From Parcubacteria group bacterium Gr01-1014_13 (GTDB taxonomy: Bacteria; Patescibacteriota; Patescibacteriia; Magasanikbacterales; GWA2-37-8), in NCBI GenBank assembly GCA_007376295.1, contig VMGB01000004.1:6569-70568 (forward strand): DNA of 64,000 nt. Direction: 5' to 3'. The first letter of the stretch is position 1. Each line of letters starts with the position of its first letter. Positions 28,407 to 38,655 of the stretch are shown here, one piece after another. The translations under genes were made by a program, and so were the position numbers. Under the pieces are notes generated by a model. It searched no databases, had not been told where the DNA came from, and worked only from the letters and a program-made list of their open reading frames with translations.

Positions 28407-29980
28407 ACCAACGCCTGTCCATTCATATCCTCGGGCTGAGTCAATTCCAATAACTTTAAAACTGTTGGCGCCACGTCTGCCAAAACTCCCACCGGTTGCA
28501 TTAGGCTTAAATCCCCTTCGGGCGCGTCTCCAGCCGGGCCAGCTTGCCCCATAAAATCTTTGCCGATGATAATTAACGGTACCGGATTGGTAGAGTGTTC
28601 TTTGTCTATAGCACCGGTCTGTAAATTTGACATTTCCTCGGCATTGCCATGATCGGCAGTTATAACTACCGCTCCGTTTTGCGCCAAAGCATGATCCGCA
28701 ATTTCCCCCAAACACTTGTCTGTAATTTCGCACGCTTTAATACCCGCCTGCAAATCACCGGTATGGGCAACCATATCAGGGTTAGCAAGATTTAAAACTA
28801 TAAAACCATATTTACCACTATCTATAGCTTTGTTTACCTCTTTGGTAATTTCTAAAGCAGACATCTCCGGTTTTTGATCATAACTGGAAACTTTTGGCGA
28901 TGGTATGAGCAATCTGTCTTCGCCCGGAAACGGCTCTTCCACCGTACCATTTAGAAAAAAAGTGACATGCGCGTATTTTTCTGTTTCGGCCACATGCAAC
29001 TGTTTCAAACCGGCTTTACTGACTACTTCGGCCAAAGAATTATGAACTATCACCGGAGGAAATGCCACTACTGTAGGCAGCTCTTTTTCGTATTCAGTCA
29101 TGGTGACAAAAAACAAATCATTTAAATACTCTTTGGAAAATTTACTAAAAGAAGGCACGACAAAAGCTTGGGCGAGCTCCCGCGCCCGATCTGGTCTGAA
29201 GTTAAAAAATATCACCGCATCGCCATTTTCTATAATAGCAACAGGCTTGTCATTGGATGTTAAAACTGTCGGAATAAATTCTTCATCATAATTTTTTTGC
29301 GCATAGGCTTCATCAATTGCTTGAATTGGATCTTCGGCATATCTGTCAGCTTTGCCCTCAGCCATGGCCCGATAGGCCTTCTCGCATCTATCCCAACGAT
29401 TATCACGATCCATGGCAAAGTAACGGCCGGACAAAGAAGCGATTTTTCCCACTTTAAATTCCGATATTTTTTGCTGCAATTCCAAGATGAAATCTTTCCC
29501 CGAATTATATAGAGCGTCACGGCCATCCAAAATAGCATGCACAAATACATTTTTGGTTAATTTTTCTTTTTTACAAAGCTCGAGCAAAGCATAAAGATGG
29601 GCGTTGCTGGCATGCACATTTCCAGAGCTGGTTAAACCGACCAGATGTAATTTGGATTTATTCGTTTTAACTTTGTTGATAGCAGATAAAAATGCGGGGT
29701 TGGTAAAAAATGTTCCATTTTCTATTCCTTGATTTATTCTTGGACAACTTTGATAATAAACTCTGCCGGCACCAATGTTTAAGTGGCCCACTTCGGAATT
29801 TCCCATTTCGCCAAATAACAATCCCACTTCGTTTCCTGAAGCATGAATAGTCATGGTTGGATAATTTTTTAAAAATTTTACAAAATTTGGCGTTTGTGCC
29901 TTGGTAATCGCATTACCTTCAGCGCTGGGGGCGACGCCCCAGCCATCCATAATCACTAGCACAACTGGTTTGTATTTCAT
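28403..29980 (-). CDS. gpmI: 2,3-BPG-independent phosphoglycerate mutase (copy 2)
   Basis: DGWG, GNSEVGH, DGRD, RYFAMDRD, AETEKYAHVT, DMVAHTG, ADHGN, EHS. Confidence 0.96.
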   Translation of the reverse strand: MKYKPVVLVIMDGWGVAPSAEGNAITKAQTPNFVKFLKNYPTMTIHASGNEVGLLFGEMGNSEVGHLNIGAGRVYYQSCPRINQGIENGTFFTNPAFLSAINKVKTNKSKLHLVGLTSSGNVHASNAHLYALLELCKKEKLTKNVFVHAILDGRDALYNSGKDFILELQQKISEFKVGKIASLSGRYFAMDRDNRWDRCEKAYRAMAEGKADRYAEDPIQAIDEAYAQKNYDEEFIPTVLTSNDKPVAIIENGDAVIFFNFRPDRARELAQAFVVPSFSKFSKEYLNDLFFVTMTEYEKELPTVVAFPPVIVHNSLAEVVSKAGLKQLHVAETEKYAHVTFFLNGTVEEPFPGEDRLLIPSPKVSSYDQKPEMSALEITKEVNKAIDSGKYGFIVLNLANPDMVAHTGDLQAGIKACEITDKCLGEIADHALAQNGAVVITADHGNAEEMSNLQTGAIDKEHSTNPVPLIIIGKDFMGQAGPAGDAPEGDLSLMQPVGVLADVAPTVLKLLELTQPEDMNGQALV

Positions 29981-29990
29981 ACAAAATAAT

Positions 29991-31541
29991 TTAAATCAAA
30001 CTTTTAGCGGTCATTTCGACAGGCTTGACTATACCCATCATTTTTAAAATAGTCGGAGCAACATTAGCAAGTTTGCCATCTGGCAATTTACTTGGCACTT
30101 TTATGTGACTATTTATTAAAATAAGCGGCACTGGATTGGCGGAGTGTTCGGTATCTGGTTCGCCACTATTTGGATTTATCATTTCTTCTATATTACCATG
30201 ATCGGCCGTAATAACGCCCTGACCGCCATTTTTTATTAAAACTTTTATTATACGCGCAATTTCGCTATCGACAACACTCACAGCTTTTTGGGCGGCGGTA
30301 AAATTACCAGTGTGCCCAACCATATCCATATTGGCAAAATTCATGGCAATAAACTCATAATCTCCTGACTCTATAGCACCAATAGTATAATCGGCCAGCA
30401 ATTTAGCGCTCATTTCAGGCCTATCTTCATAATTTTTAACTTCTGGTGAAGCAATTTTTACCCATTTTTCATCACAAAAATGTTGGGCGTAGCCACCATT
30501 AAAAAAGTAGGTAATATGGGAAAATTTTTCTGACTCGGCTATATACATCTGTTTTCTCGGACATAACACCTGCACCAAACTACCTTCCACATCACGACTG
30601 GGAAAGGCCGTTAGAACTCCGGGCAAATCCGGACCAAAATCAGTCAAGGCCACAAAACGAATATTTTTAGGGAATTTACTTCGCGTAAATGCTCCCGGAT
30701 TAACTGTTTTAAAATCCGGTTGCATAAAAGCCTTGGTAAGCTGGCGAGCTCTGTCGCTACGCAAATTAAAAAAGAAAACAGCGTCATTATCTTTGATGGT
30801 GGCTACGGGATGTCCGTTCTCCATAATAACGGTTGGACAAACAAATTCATCTGTATCCTTTTTGTTATAAGAATCCCTCAAAGCCTCCACAACACTTGGA
30901 GCAGTACAGCCTTTTCCTACTACCATAGCCTCATAAGCCTGTTTAGTTCGATCCCAATCCTTATTTCTATCCATAGCATAAAATCTGCCCATTACTGTGG
31001 CCACTTTTTCATTGCCATGAAAAAATTTCTGCAAAATTTGCAGATGTTTATGAGCCTGAAATTGGCCGGAGTCTCTCCCGTCTGTAAAAAGATGCAAATA
31101 CACTTTTTTTATATTTTCTTTATACAACAAATCTAATAAAGCATACAGATGTTCTGGACAAGAATGGGCGCTGTTATGATTGGAAAGCAAGCCCATTAAA
31201 TGTACTGACGTTTTATATTTTTTCACATGGTGAAGCGCTTGATGAAAGGCGTTGTTTTTAAAAAATGTTCCATCTTCAATTGAATCGGATATAAAGAGCG
31301 CGTCTTGCTTTACCACTCGACCCGCGCCCAAATTTAAATGCCCGGCTTCACTGTTACCTTCCTGTCCTTTAAACAAACCAACACTCTCACCACTTGCTTC
31401 TAACTTGCAATTGGGAAATTTTTTTAGCATCGCAAAATAATTTGGCGCTGTTTTGGGGGTAATTGGGTTTCCTGGTTCTTTTTGATCCCCTACTCCCCAG
31501 CCATCCACAATAATCAAGAGTGTTGTTTTAAATTTGGACAT
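29991..31541 (-). CDS. gpmI: 2,3-BPG-independent phosphoglycerate mutase (copy 1)
   Basis: DGWG, GNSEAGH, DGRD, RFYAMDR, DMVGHTG, ADHGN, EHS. Confidence 0.95.
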   Translation of the reverse strand: MSKFKTTLLIIVDGWGVGDQKEPGNPITPKTAPNYFAMLKKFPNCKLEASGESVGLFKGQEGNSEAGHLNLGAGRVVKQDALFISDSIEDGTFFKNNAFHQALHHVKKYKTSVHLMGLLSNHNSAHSCPEHLYALLDLLYKENIKKVYLHLFTDGRDSGQFQAHKHLQILQKFFHGNEKVATVMGRFYAMDRNKDWDRTKQAYEAMVVGKGCTAPSVVEALRDSYNKKDTDEFVCPTVIMENGHPVATIKDNDAVFFFNLRSDRARQLTKAFMQPDFKTVNPGAFTRSKFPKNIRFVALTDFGPDLPGVLTAFPSRDVEGSLVQVLCPRKQMYIAESEKFSHITYFFNGGYAQHFCDEKWVKIASPEVKNYEDRPEMSAKLLADYTIGAIESGDYEFIAMNFANMDMVGHTGNFTAAQKAVSVVDSEIARIIKVLIKNGGQGVITADHGNIEEMINPNSGEPDTEHSANPVPLILINSHIKVPSKLPDGKLANVAPTILKMMGIVKPVEMTAKSLI

Positions 31542-31550
31542 AAAAAATAA

Positions 31551-32798
31551 TTACAGCCCTAATTCCAATTCAATTTCCATTAAACGGTTATACTTTTCTA
31601 CTCTTTCGGAACGAGACATGGATCCGGTTTTAATAAATTCGGAATTCACCGCCACTGCCAAATCGGCAATAAAGGTGTCTGCGGTCTCGCCGCTACGGTG
31701 AGAAATAAAGATTTGATAATTATTTTTCCGGGCGAGGTTAATAGCTTCAATGGTTTCCGATAGTGTACCGATCTGATTTACTTTGATAAGCACAGTATTC
31801 CCCACTTGCTCTTCGATACCACGTTTAATCCGCTCGACATTGGTAACAAAAAGATCGTCACCAACTAAATTTATCTTCTTGCCTAATTCTTTCGTCAAAA
31901 TTTTCCAATTTTCCCAGTCATCCTCAGCCAAACCGTCTTCAATAGAAACAATTGGATATTTTTTCACCCACTGTTTAAGCACATCAATCATCTTGGCCGG
32001 ACGCCAACCCTGTTTTTTGCCAAGGAAATAATAATTGCCGTGGCGATAAAATTCCGAAGCGGCCACATCAAGCGCCAAAAAAACATGCTTGCCTGGTTCC
32101 CAACCGGCAAGTTTTATAGCTTCAAGAATTAATTGCACACCACGCTCATTGTTTAACAGTTCGGGCGCAAAACCTCCTTCGTCACCAACACCGGTTGAGT
32201 ATCCTTTTTGACTAAGTAAGTTTGCCAGCGAATGAAAAATCTGCGAACCCATGCGTACGCGTTCGCGCAATAATTTATGCCGCGGCATGATCATGAACTC
32301 CTGAACAGAAAGACCATTATCTGCATGGCGTCCGCCATTTATAATATTCATTCCCAATACTGGTAAACGATAATTTTTTTCGGAAATTTTATAAATATGT
32401 CGCAAATACTGATATAAAGGCATGTTCATTTCCTTTGCGCCGGCCCGAGCCACAGCTAAAGATACAGCTAAAATTGCATTAGCGCCCAATCTAGATTTAG
32501 TCTTAGTGCCATCTAAAGCAATCATTTTGGCATCTATCTCTTGAATTTTTTCCACTTCCATTCCACAAACCGCTTTGGCAATTTCGGTGTTCACGTTTTT
32601 TACCGCCCGCAAAACTCCCTTGCCGCCGTAACGCTTACCCCCATCTCGCAATTCTAAAGCTTCGTGCGTACCGGTAGAAGCTCCAGAAGGAACTTTTGCC
32701 ACTGCGCTTATACCATTCTCCAAAACCACCTTAGCTTCGACTGTTGGATTCCCTCGTGAGTCCAGTATTTCACGGGCAATAACTTGCTTAATTTTCAT
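31551..32798 (-). CDS. eno: Enolase
   Basis: [31 protein letters not shown]. Confidence 0.99.
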   Translation of the reverse strand: MKIKQVIAREILDSRGNPTVEAKVVLENGISAVAKVPSGASTGTHEALELRDGGKRYGGKGVLRAVKNVNTEIAKAVCGMEVEKIQEIDAKMIALDGTKTKSRLGANAILAVSLAVARAGAKEMNMPLYQYLRHIYKISEKNYRLPVLGMNIINGGRHADNGLSVQEFMIMPRHKLLRERVRMGSQIFHSLANLLSQKGYSTGVGDEGGFAPELLNNERGVQLILEAIKLAGWEPGKHVFLALDVAASEFYRHGNYYFLGKKQGWRPAKMIDVLKQWVKKYPIVSIEDGLAEDDWENWKILTKELGKKINLVGDDLFVTNVERIKRGIEEQVGNTVLIKVNQIGTLSETIEAINLARKNNYQIFISHRSGETADTFIADLAVAVNSEFIKTGSMSRSERVEKYNRLMEIELELGL

Positions 32799-32894
32799 AT
32801 ATTATAGGAGTGTGAGTTAAGAAGGCCATTATACCATGACCTTTATCAACAAAAAAGAGCATATTTCTAGCTCCTTTTTGTTTTTGAGATTTAT

Positions 32895-33701
32895 TTATAG
32901 TAGCTCGTAAGTGACATTTACATTCATGCTTACGTCTCTGCTTCCTCCAGATATGGCTGCTGGAGCTGTTCCCCCCATACCTCCCACGCTGTCTTTCATC
33001 ATCAGTTGGGGTTGATAAAAATCAGTACCACCTTCATATTCATTGTAAGTAATTACTCCTCCCAACCGTAGACCCAAAACCTTGGCTAAATGTTCTCCTC
33101 TTACTTTCGCGTCCATTAGCGCTTTGTCACGCGCTTGAGATTTTAAATTCTCCGGTTCGTCGATAGTAAAACTTAAACCATTTACTTCCGTGGCTCCATA
33201 TTTTCCAGCCAAAGACAACACATTACTAATTTTGTTTAAGTCTCTTATTTTGATAGTTAAACTATTGCTTACTCTATAACCTTTTAATTCCTGTCCTCTA
33301 TCTTCAGTATAATTATAATCTGGATAAATCGAATAGCTGCTTTGCAAATCCTTTTCCGCTATACCTATTTTCTTTAATTCCGCAAAAATTTGATCCATTA
33401 CTTTTTTATTATCTGCTTGAGCCTTGGCCACATCTTTGTCGGTATTAGAATATCCCATAGTAGTAACCGCAATATCATTACTGCCACTAACTTTTCCAAA
33501 ACCGGCCACAGTTATAGTTCTCTCCATGCGATCGGTTTTACCAATAAAATTATACTGCTTTATATTATTGCGTATGAGGGTTCCCACATAAACTACTCCG
33601 TAAACTAACAAAATAGCAGCAGCAGTCATTACTATTTTTTTCCCAAAACTGCCATAAAAATCCCACATTGAATCTTTGTTTCCACCTGTTGGTAATGCCA
33701 T
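32895..33701 (-). CDS. SIMPL (DUF541) domain protein
   Basis: N-terminal TM, TITVAG.G.V, P.YNY, GY.V.N, ARDKAL.DAK, V.VTYEL. Confidence 0.88.
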   Translation of the reverse strand: MALPTGGNKDSMWDFYGSFGKKIVMTAAAILLVYGVVYVGTLIRNNIKQYNFIGKTDRMERTITVAGFGKVSGSNDIAVTTMGYSNTDKDVAKAQADNKKVMDQIFAELKKIGIAEKDLQSSYSIYPDYNYTEDRGQELKGYRVSNSLTIKIRDLNKISNVLSLAGKYGATEVNGLSFTIDEPENLKSQARDKALMDAKVRGEHLAKVLGLRLGGVITYNEYEGGTDFYQPQLMMKDSVGGMGGTAPAAISGGSRDVSMNVNVTYELL

Positions 33702-33725
33702 ACTTAAAATTTTTAAATGAATTAA

Positions 33726-34901
33726 TTACCTTTTTAAGACTTCTATTCCGGGTAATTTCTTACCACTTAGATATTCTAGCATAGATCCGCCACCAGTTGA
33801 AGCCATGTCAATATCCCCAATCAAATGTAGCTTTTTTAAGACTTCCATAGTTTCACCGCCACCGGTAATGCCAAATGCCCTTCCCTTTGCTCTGGCTGCC
33901 AACAAACGCGCTACTGAATAGGTTCCGTATTCATATGGATGCTGTTCAAAATAGCCCATGGCACCATTCCAAACCAAAGTATTGGCTTTTTTTATATAAC
34001 GAGAAAATAACTTTATTGTCCTTGGGCCGATATCATATACGGCAAGTTCTTTGTTCTTTAAATTTAATTTCTTTATCTCTGTAGCCCTGGCCAGCTTGCC
34101 ATCTTTGGTGCCAACAATAACATCTACCGGCAAAATAACTTTTCTTTTTGAACAATACCGCAAAATTTCTTTTTTAAAATTCTTATCAATGAGCGACCCA
34201 CCCACTTTATAGCCTTTTGCCCAAAGATAAGTGCTTAAAATTCCACCGCCCACTAAAATATAATTTGCCTTTTTTAATAAATTTTTTAATACAGGAATTT
34301 TTGTTTCCATTTTTACTCCTCCCAACATTACCACAAATGGTTTCTTCGGACTTTGGAGGGACCGATTCAAGCCTTCAATTTCTTCTTCAAGTAATAATCC
34401 AGCGTAAGCTGGCAGGTGCTTGGCTATGCCAGTGACTGAAGCTGCGTGGCGATGAGCTACTGCAAACCCGTCCATAACAAAAATCTCTGCCAAACCGGCT
34501 AATTCCTTGGCTAATTTTTCTGAATTCTCCGGCTCACCTTTAACAAAACGAATATTTTCAAGCATTACCACTGTACTGGGAAATAATTTATCAATTTGTG
34601 TTTTTGTTTTTTTTAAATCTAAAACATCAAATAATTTAACATTTTTTTGTAAAAACTTACCCAATTCAGCCGCGACCGGTTTGAGGCTCAATTTTTTATC
34701 AACCCCCTCTGGTCTGCCCAAATGGCTGACTAAAATTACTTTAGCCCTCTTCTCTACTAAAAATTTTATCGTGGCTAAACTTTTTTTTATTTTATAATTA
34801 TCTAAAACTTTGCCATTTTTTACCGGTACATTAAAATCAACGCGTACCAACACGTTTTTGTTAGCCAAATTTTTTACTTGTTCAATTGATTTTATACGCA
34901 T
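33726..34901 (-). CDS. pgk: Phosphoglycerate kinase
   Basis: RVDFNVP, SHLGRP, LENIRF, WNGAMG.FE, STGGGS. Confidence 0.98.
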   Translation of the reverse strand: MRIKSIEQVKNLANKNVLVRVDFNVPVKNGKVLDNYKIKKSLATIKFLVEKRAKVILVSHLGRPEGVDKKLSLKPVAAELGKFLQKNVKLFDVLDLKKTKTQIDKLFPSTVVMLENIRFVKGEPENSEKLAKELAGLAEIFVMDGFAVAHRHAASVTGIAKHLPAYAGLLLEEEIEGLNRSLQSPKKPFVVMLGGVKMETKIPVLKNLLKKANYILVGGGILSTYLWAKGYKVGGSLIDKNFKKEILRYCSKRKVILPVDVIVGTKDGKLARATEIKKLNLKNKELAVYDIGPRTIKLFSRYIKKANTLVWNGAMGYFEQHPYEYGTYSVARLLAARAKGRAFGITGGGETMEVLKKLHLIGDIDMASTGGGSMLEYLSGKKLPGIEVLKR

Positions 34902-34936
34902 TTTGTAGTTCTACCCTACCATTATACCACAAAAAA

Positions 34937-35944
34937 CTATTCTACTAAATTTTCGTATCCGGACTCATCTGGCCACAGATAATGGCTGAATGACCATTCT
35001 GCCAAATCACGGGCTTCACTAAATCTATCTTCATTGGTGGCGGCGCCAAATACTACCACTGTGATGCTATGTTTTTTTTCATTGGTTAAACTGACTGCAA
35101 AATTATAGCCAGAATCATCTATATACCCCGTCTTGCCGGCAATATTTTCCACTTTAAAATTATTCGGAACCCAATTTGTTAACAACCAATTGGTTGTCCA
35201 AACCCTTCTGGCCTTATTACCATTTAAAGGATGAGAATAGTATTCTCCAGTCTGCACTGTAGTATAAATTTTTTCAAATTTTAGAGCATCTATAAGCAAC
35301 TTGGCCGTATCCAAAGCGTTGGCCATATTTCTGTCAGACAAACCCGTGGGTTCGGCAAAACGAGCCGAAGATAACCGAAGTTCTTTTGCCTTTTCATTCA
35401 TCAAGGCCACGAATTTTTCTTTGGGCATGCCTGTATTTCTCACTAAAGCATTTATCGCTGAGTTGGAAGATCCAATTAGTGCCACGTGCCACAAATCATC
35501 CAGGGTAAATTCTTCACCAGCATTAATATGATGATCGCCTTCCATATCACCATCGGTGATTATAGTTGTCGATGCCCAGTTTATAGGCAAATCCAAAAGT
35601 ACTACCGCGGTCATAAGTTTAGTAATACTGGCTAAAGAACGAATTTGGTCTGTATTTTTGCTAAAAAGTACAGTTTTTGTTTTGGTGTCTACCACAATCG
35701 CGGAAGCAGCCGTACTGGAACCGGAAAAATTACCCTTATCTTTTGCTAAAGGAATCGCCGGCTTACTAACAGGTAAATTATCTAAATATACATCACCACC
35801 AACTGGCATTCTCTTGCCACTGGTAGGAAATTGAAAAAAGGAAAATTTATCTTCCGAAGCAAAATAAATTGAAGAAAAAAATAATAAAAAAACACCCACC
35901 AACATGATGCCGAAAGATGAAAAAAAATCTACAAATCTTTTCAT
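34937..35944 (-). CDS. Peptidase S11 D-Ala-D-Ala carboxypeptidase/endopeptidase
   Basis: ASITKLMT (SxxK), SSN, EPTGL, KTGY. Confidence 0.92.
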   Translation of the reverse strand: MKRFVDFFSSFGIMLVGVFLLFFSSIYFASEDKFSFFQFPTSGKRMPVGGDVYLDNLPVSKPAIPLAKDKGNFSGSSTAASAIVVDTKTKTVLFSKNTDQIRSLASITKLMTAVVLLDLPINWASTTIITDGDMEGDHHINAGEEFTLDDLWHVALIGSSNSAINALVRNTGMPKEKFVALMNEKAKELRLSSARFAEPTGLSDRNMANALDTAKLLIDALKFEKIYTTVQTGEYYSHPLNGNKARRVWTTNWLLTNWVPNNFKVENIAGKTGYIDDSGYNFAVSLTNEKKHSITVVVFGAATNEDRFSEARDLAEWSFSHYLWPDESGYENLVE

Positions 35945-35949
35945 ACCAT

Positions 35950-36486
35950 CTATTGCTCTTCCCCCAAATTGGTAATATATGGGTGCTGATGTAACTGCGA
36001 ATAATTTGGCAATTCCTCTAAACTATTTAAACCCAAATGTCTTAAATAGTCCATAGTGATTTCATATACTGGCAAAAGACTGGCCCCGTCTTCGTTTTCT
36101 TTTATCAAACCACGTAACATTAAATTACGCAAAATTAAGCCACAATTTACACCTCTGATCTGCTCCAGCTCCGGCTTAGTGATTGGTCCGCAATAAGAAA
36201 CTACCGTTAGAGTTTCCAACTGTGGTCGAGTGAGCTCGCCTGAAACTTCTGATTTCAAAAAATTTTCTGAGGTTTCTTTATTCTCGGCACTGGCCACCAT
36301 CTGCCACTCATCTCCATTTTGCAAAATAGCTATACCCGAATCAGCATGGTTGTATTTTTGTTGCAAGCTTTTTAAAACCTCTACCGCTTCTTCGTTATCA
36401 ATCTTCAGAACAGCCGCTATCTTTTTGGTTGGTAGTGGCTTGGAAGCAACAAATAATACGGATTCAATTTTTGATTTATGGGACAT
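35950..36486 (-). CDS. scpB: Segregation and condensation protein B
   Basis: IESVLF, LETLTVVSY..PIT..ELEQIRGVN, LGLNSLEELP. Confidence 0.95.
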   Translation of the reverse strand: MSHKSKIESVLFVASKPLPTKKIAAVLKIDNEEAVEVLKSLQQKYNHADSGIAILQNGDEWQMVASAENKETSENFLKSEVSGELTRPQLETLTVVSYCGPITKPELEQIRGVNCGLILRNLMLRGLIKENEDGASLLPVYEITMDYLRHLGLNSLEELPNYSQLHQHPYITNLGEEQ

Positions 36487-36503
36487 ACTAATTTTTTATA
36501 CAA

Positions 36504-36540
36504 AGTGAGAGAAATTAAAATTTATTTTAATTTCCGAGCG
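36504..36540 (-). repeat. REP-like palindrome, copy 1
   Basis: agtgag-[gaaattaaaat-tt-attttaatttc]-gagcg; same flanks at 49371-49410. Confidence 0.55.
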
Positions 36541-36555
36541 TGTATGAAAAATACC

Positions 36556-37254
36556 TTAAGTATTTTTAACGACTAACAAATCTTCAAACGCATTTACCTG
36601 TCTAAAACGTACTGATTGTTGTTTAACCAATTCCAAAATGGCCAAAAAACTGACTATGACTTCGGTTTTGTTTTGCGCCGAAGACAAGATATCTTTAAAA
36701 CTTAATTCTTTTCCATTTTTTAATAAATTACGAATAGAATCTATTTTTTGCTTTATAGAAACAGAATGATCGATCGTAACTTTTGGCAAGGCTTCCAGCG
36801 GCTTCAAACGACCTAGCAAAAATACCATGGAGTCATGTAAATTTTTTGCAGCTGCATTTAGCGGCAAAATGAACTCCTTATTTTTTACTGGCGGTTCAAT
36901 TCTGCCGTAAGCAATTTTATTTGCCTCCCACAGGCTATTTACCACCTTACTTGCCTCTACATATTGCTTATACAATTTTAATTGATCTGCCAATCCCGGG
37001 CCAGAATCCTCTTCTTCGGGATAAGCGTACTGCAATAAACTATGCGACTTCAGATAAATAAGTCTGGCCGCTACCACCAAAAAATCAGCTAATTCTTCAG
37101 GGCGATTTTTCTCCAGCTTATCCAGATAAGAAAAAAATTGCTCAGTAACCTTGGCCAGGGCAATTTCGGTGATACCCAACTTCTCCTGATCAACCAGCTG
37201 CAATAACAAATCCAATGGACCTTCAAATTTTTCTAATTTTAAATCTGTGGGCAT
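36556..37254 (-). CDS. scpA: Segregation and condensation protein A
   Basis: FEGPLDLLLQL, ADFLVVAARLIYLKS, FLAILEL. Confidence 0.95.
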   Translation of the reverse strand: MPTDLKLEKFEGPLDLLLQLVDQEKLGITEIALAKVTEQFFSYLDKLEKNRPEELADFLVVAARLIYLKSHSLLQYAYPEEEDSGPGLADQLKLYKQYVEASKVVNSLWEANKIAYGRIEPPVKNKEFILPLNAAAKNLHDSMVFLLGRLKPLEALPKVTIDHSVSIKQKIDSIRNLLKNGKELSFKDILSSAQNKTEVIVSFLAILELVKQQSVRFRQVNAFEDLLVVKNT

Positions 37255-37258
37255 GAAA

Positions 37259-38647
37259 CTATTCGCCTAATTTTATATGTACATCTTTTAACGCTTGATC
37301 TGGCAAAGGCGACGGGGCGTTCATCATCAAATCTCTGGCATCACCGGTTTTAGGGAAGGCCATTACTTCGCGAATATTTTCTTCCCCTTGTAAAATAGCG
37401 ATTATTCTATCAAGTCCCAAAGCTATACCACCATGCGGAGGCGGACCAAAAGTAAAGGCTTCTAATATATGGCCGAAGCGAGATTGGATTTCTGTTTCTG
37501 ACAAACCGAGAAGTTCAAAAACTTTTTTTTGTAATTCTCTTTCAAAAATTCTCAAACTGCCGCCGCCTATTTCAAAACCATTTAACACAATGTCATAAGC
37601 TGCTGCTCGAGCTTTGACTGGATTTTTATCAAGCAAACCCAAATCCTCGTTGTTTGGTCTGGTAAAAGGATGGTGCATTGCTCCCAAATTTCCATCTTTG
37701 TCTTTTTCAAACATTGGAAAATCTACTACCCAGCCAAAAGCCAAAGTGTTGGCATCGTTTTTATCTTTTCTTAAATCCGGCTTGTCATTACCATATTTCT
37801 CCATAGCTTCTTGGTAAGTAAGCCTGGGGAATGGTTTTTCCTGAATTTGTAAGTGAGGAAATAATTTTTCTACCATGGCTATCATCGCTTTTTCTATAAG
37901 CTGAATAATATCTTCTTGAGAGATAAAAGACATTTCCACATCTAACTGGGTAAATTCTGGTTGACGGTCACCGCGTTGATCTTCATCTCGAAAACATCTG
38001 GCCACTTGAAAATATTTTTCCATACCTGCCACCATTAGCAATTGCTTAAATTGTTGCGGTGATTGCGGCAAGACATAAAATTCATGTTTGTGCAGACGGG
38101 ATGGCACAATAAATTCGCGGGCGCCTTCAGGAGTTCCTTTTGTTAAATTCGGGGTTTCAATTTCCAAAAATCCTTGATCCGCAAGATAATTTCGTAAAAA
38201 TAAATTAATTTTATGGCGAACTTCAATATTTTTTTTCAATCTTTCGGAGCGCAGATCTAGATAGCGATACTTTAATCGCATTTCTTCATTTATTACTTTG
38301 GTATCTGTGCTAACATCAAAAGGCATAGCTTCCGACTCTGTTAAAACTTTAAAAGATTTCGCCAAAATTTCTACATTGCCCGTGGCCATGTCGGGATTTT
38401 TTTGTTTGGCCCCGCGTTCTTGCACCACCCCTTTTATTTCTACACAATATTCCAATCTGGTTTTCTTTACATCTTCGTTAGAAACTTCATCCAACTCGCT
38501 AGGCACACAAACTACCTGCACAACCCCAGACCGGTCGCGCAAATCAAAAAAAACAATCTTGCTCATATTACGACGAGCATTTACCCAACCATAAAGCAAA
38601 ACTTCCTCCCCCACCTTATTTACAGTTTCAGTTGCTTGAAGACGCAT
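37259..38647 (-). CDS. aspS: Aspartate--tRNA ligase lacking the GAD insertion domain
   Basis: RYLDLR, TPEGAR, LPQSPQQFKQ, FRDED, EFTQLD, PPHGG; 462 aa with DKPDLR joined directly to WVVDFP. Confidence 0.95.
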   Translation of the reverse strand: MRLQATETVNKVGEEVLLYGWVNARRNMSKIVFFDLRDRSGVVQVVCVPSELDEVSNEDVKKTRLEYCVEIKGVVQERGAKQKNPDMATGNVEILAKSFKVLTESEAMPFDVSTDTKVINEEMRLKYRYLDLRSERLKKNIEVRHKINLFLRNYLADQGFLEIETPNLTKGTPEGAREFIVPSRLHKHEFYVLPQSPQQFKQLLMVAGMEKYFQVARCFRDEDQRGDRQPEFTQLDVEMSFISQEDIIQLIEKAMIAMVEKLFPHLQIQEKPFPRLTYQEAMEKYGNDKPDLRKDKNDANTLAFGWVVDFPMFEKDKDGNLGAMHHPFTRPNNEDLGLLDKNPVKARAAAYDIVLNGFEIGGGSLRIFERELQKKVFELLGLSETEIQSRFGHILEAFTFGPPPHGGIALGLDRIIAILQGEENIREVMAFPKTGDARDLMMNAPSPLPDQALKDVHIKLGE

Positions 38648-38655
38648 AAAATTAA

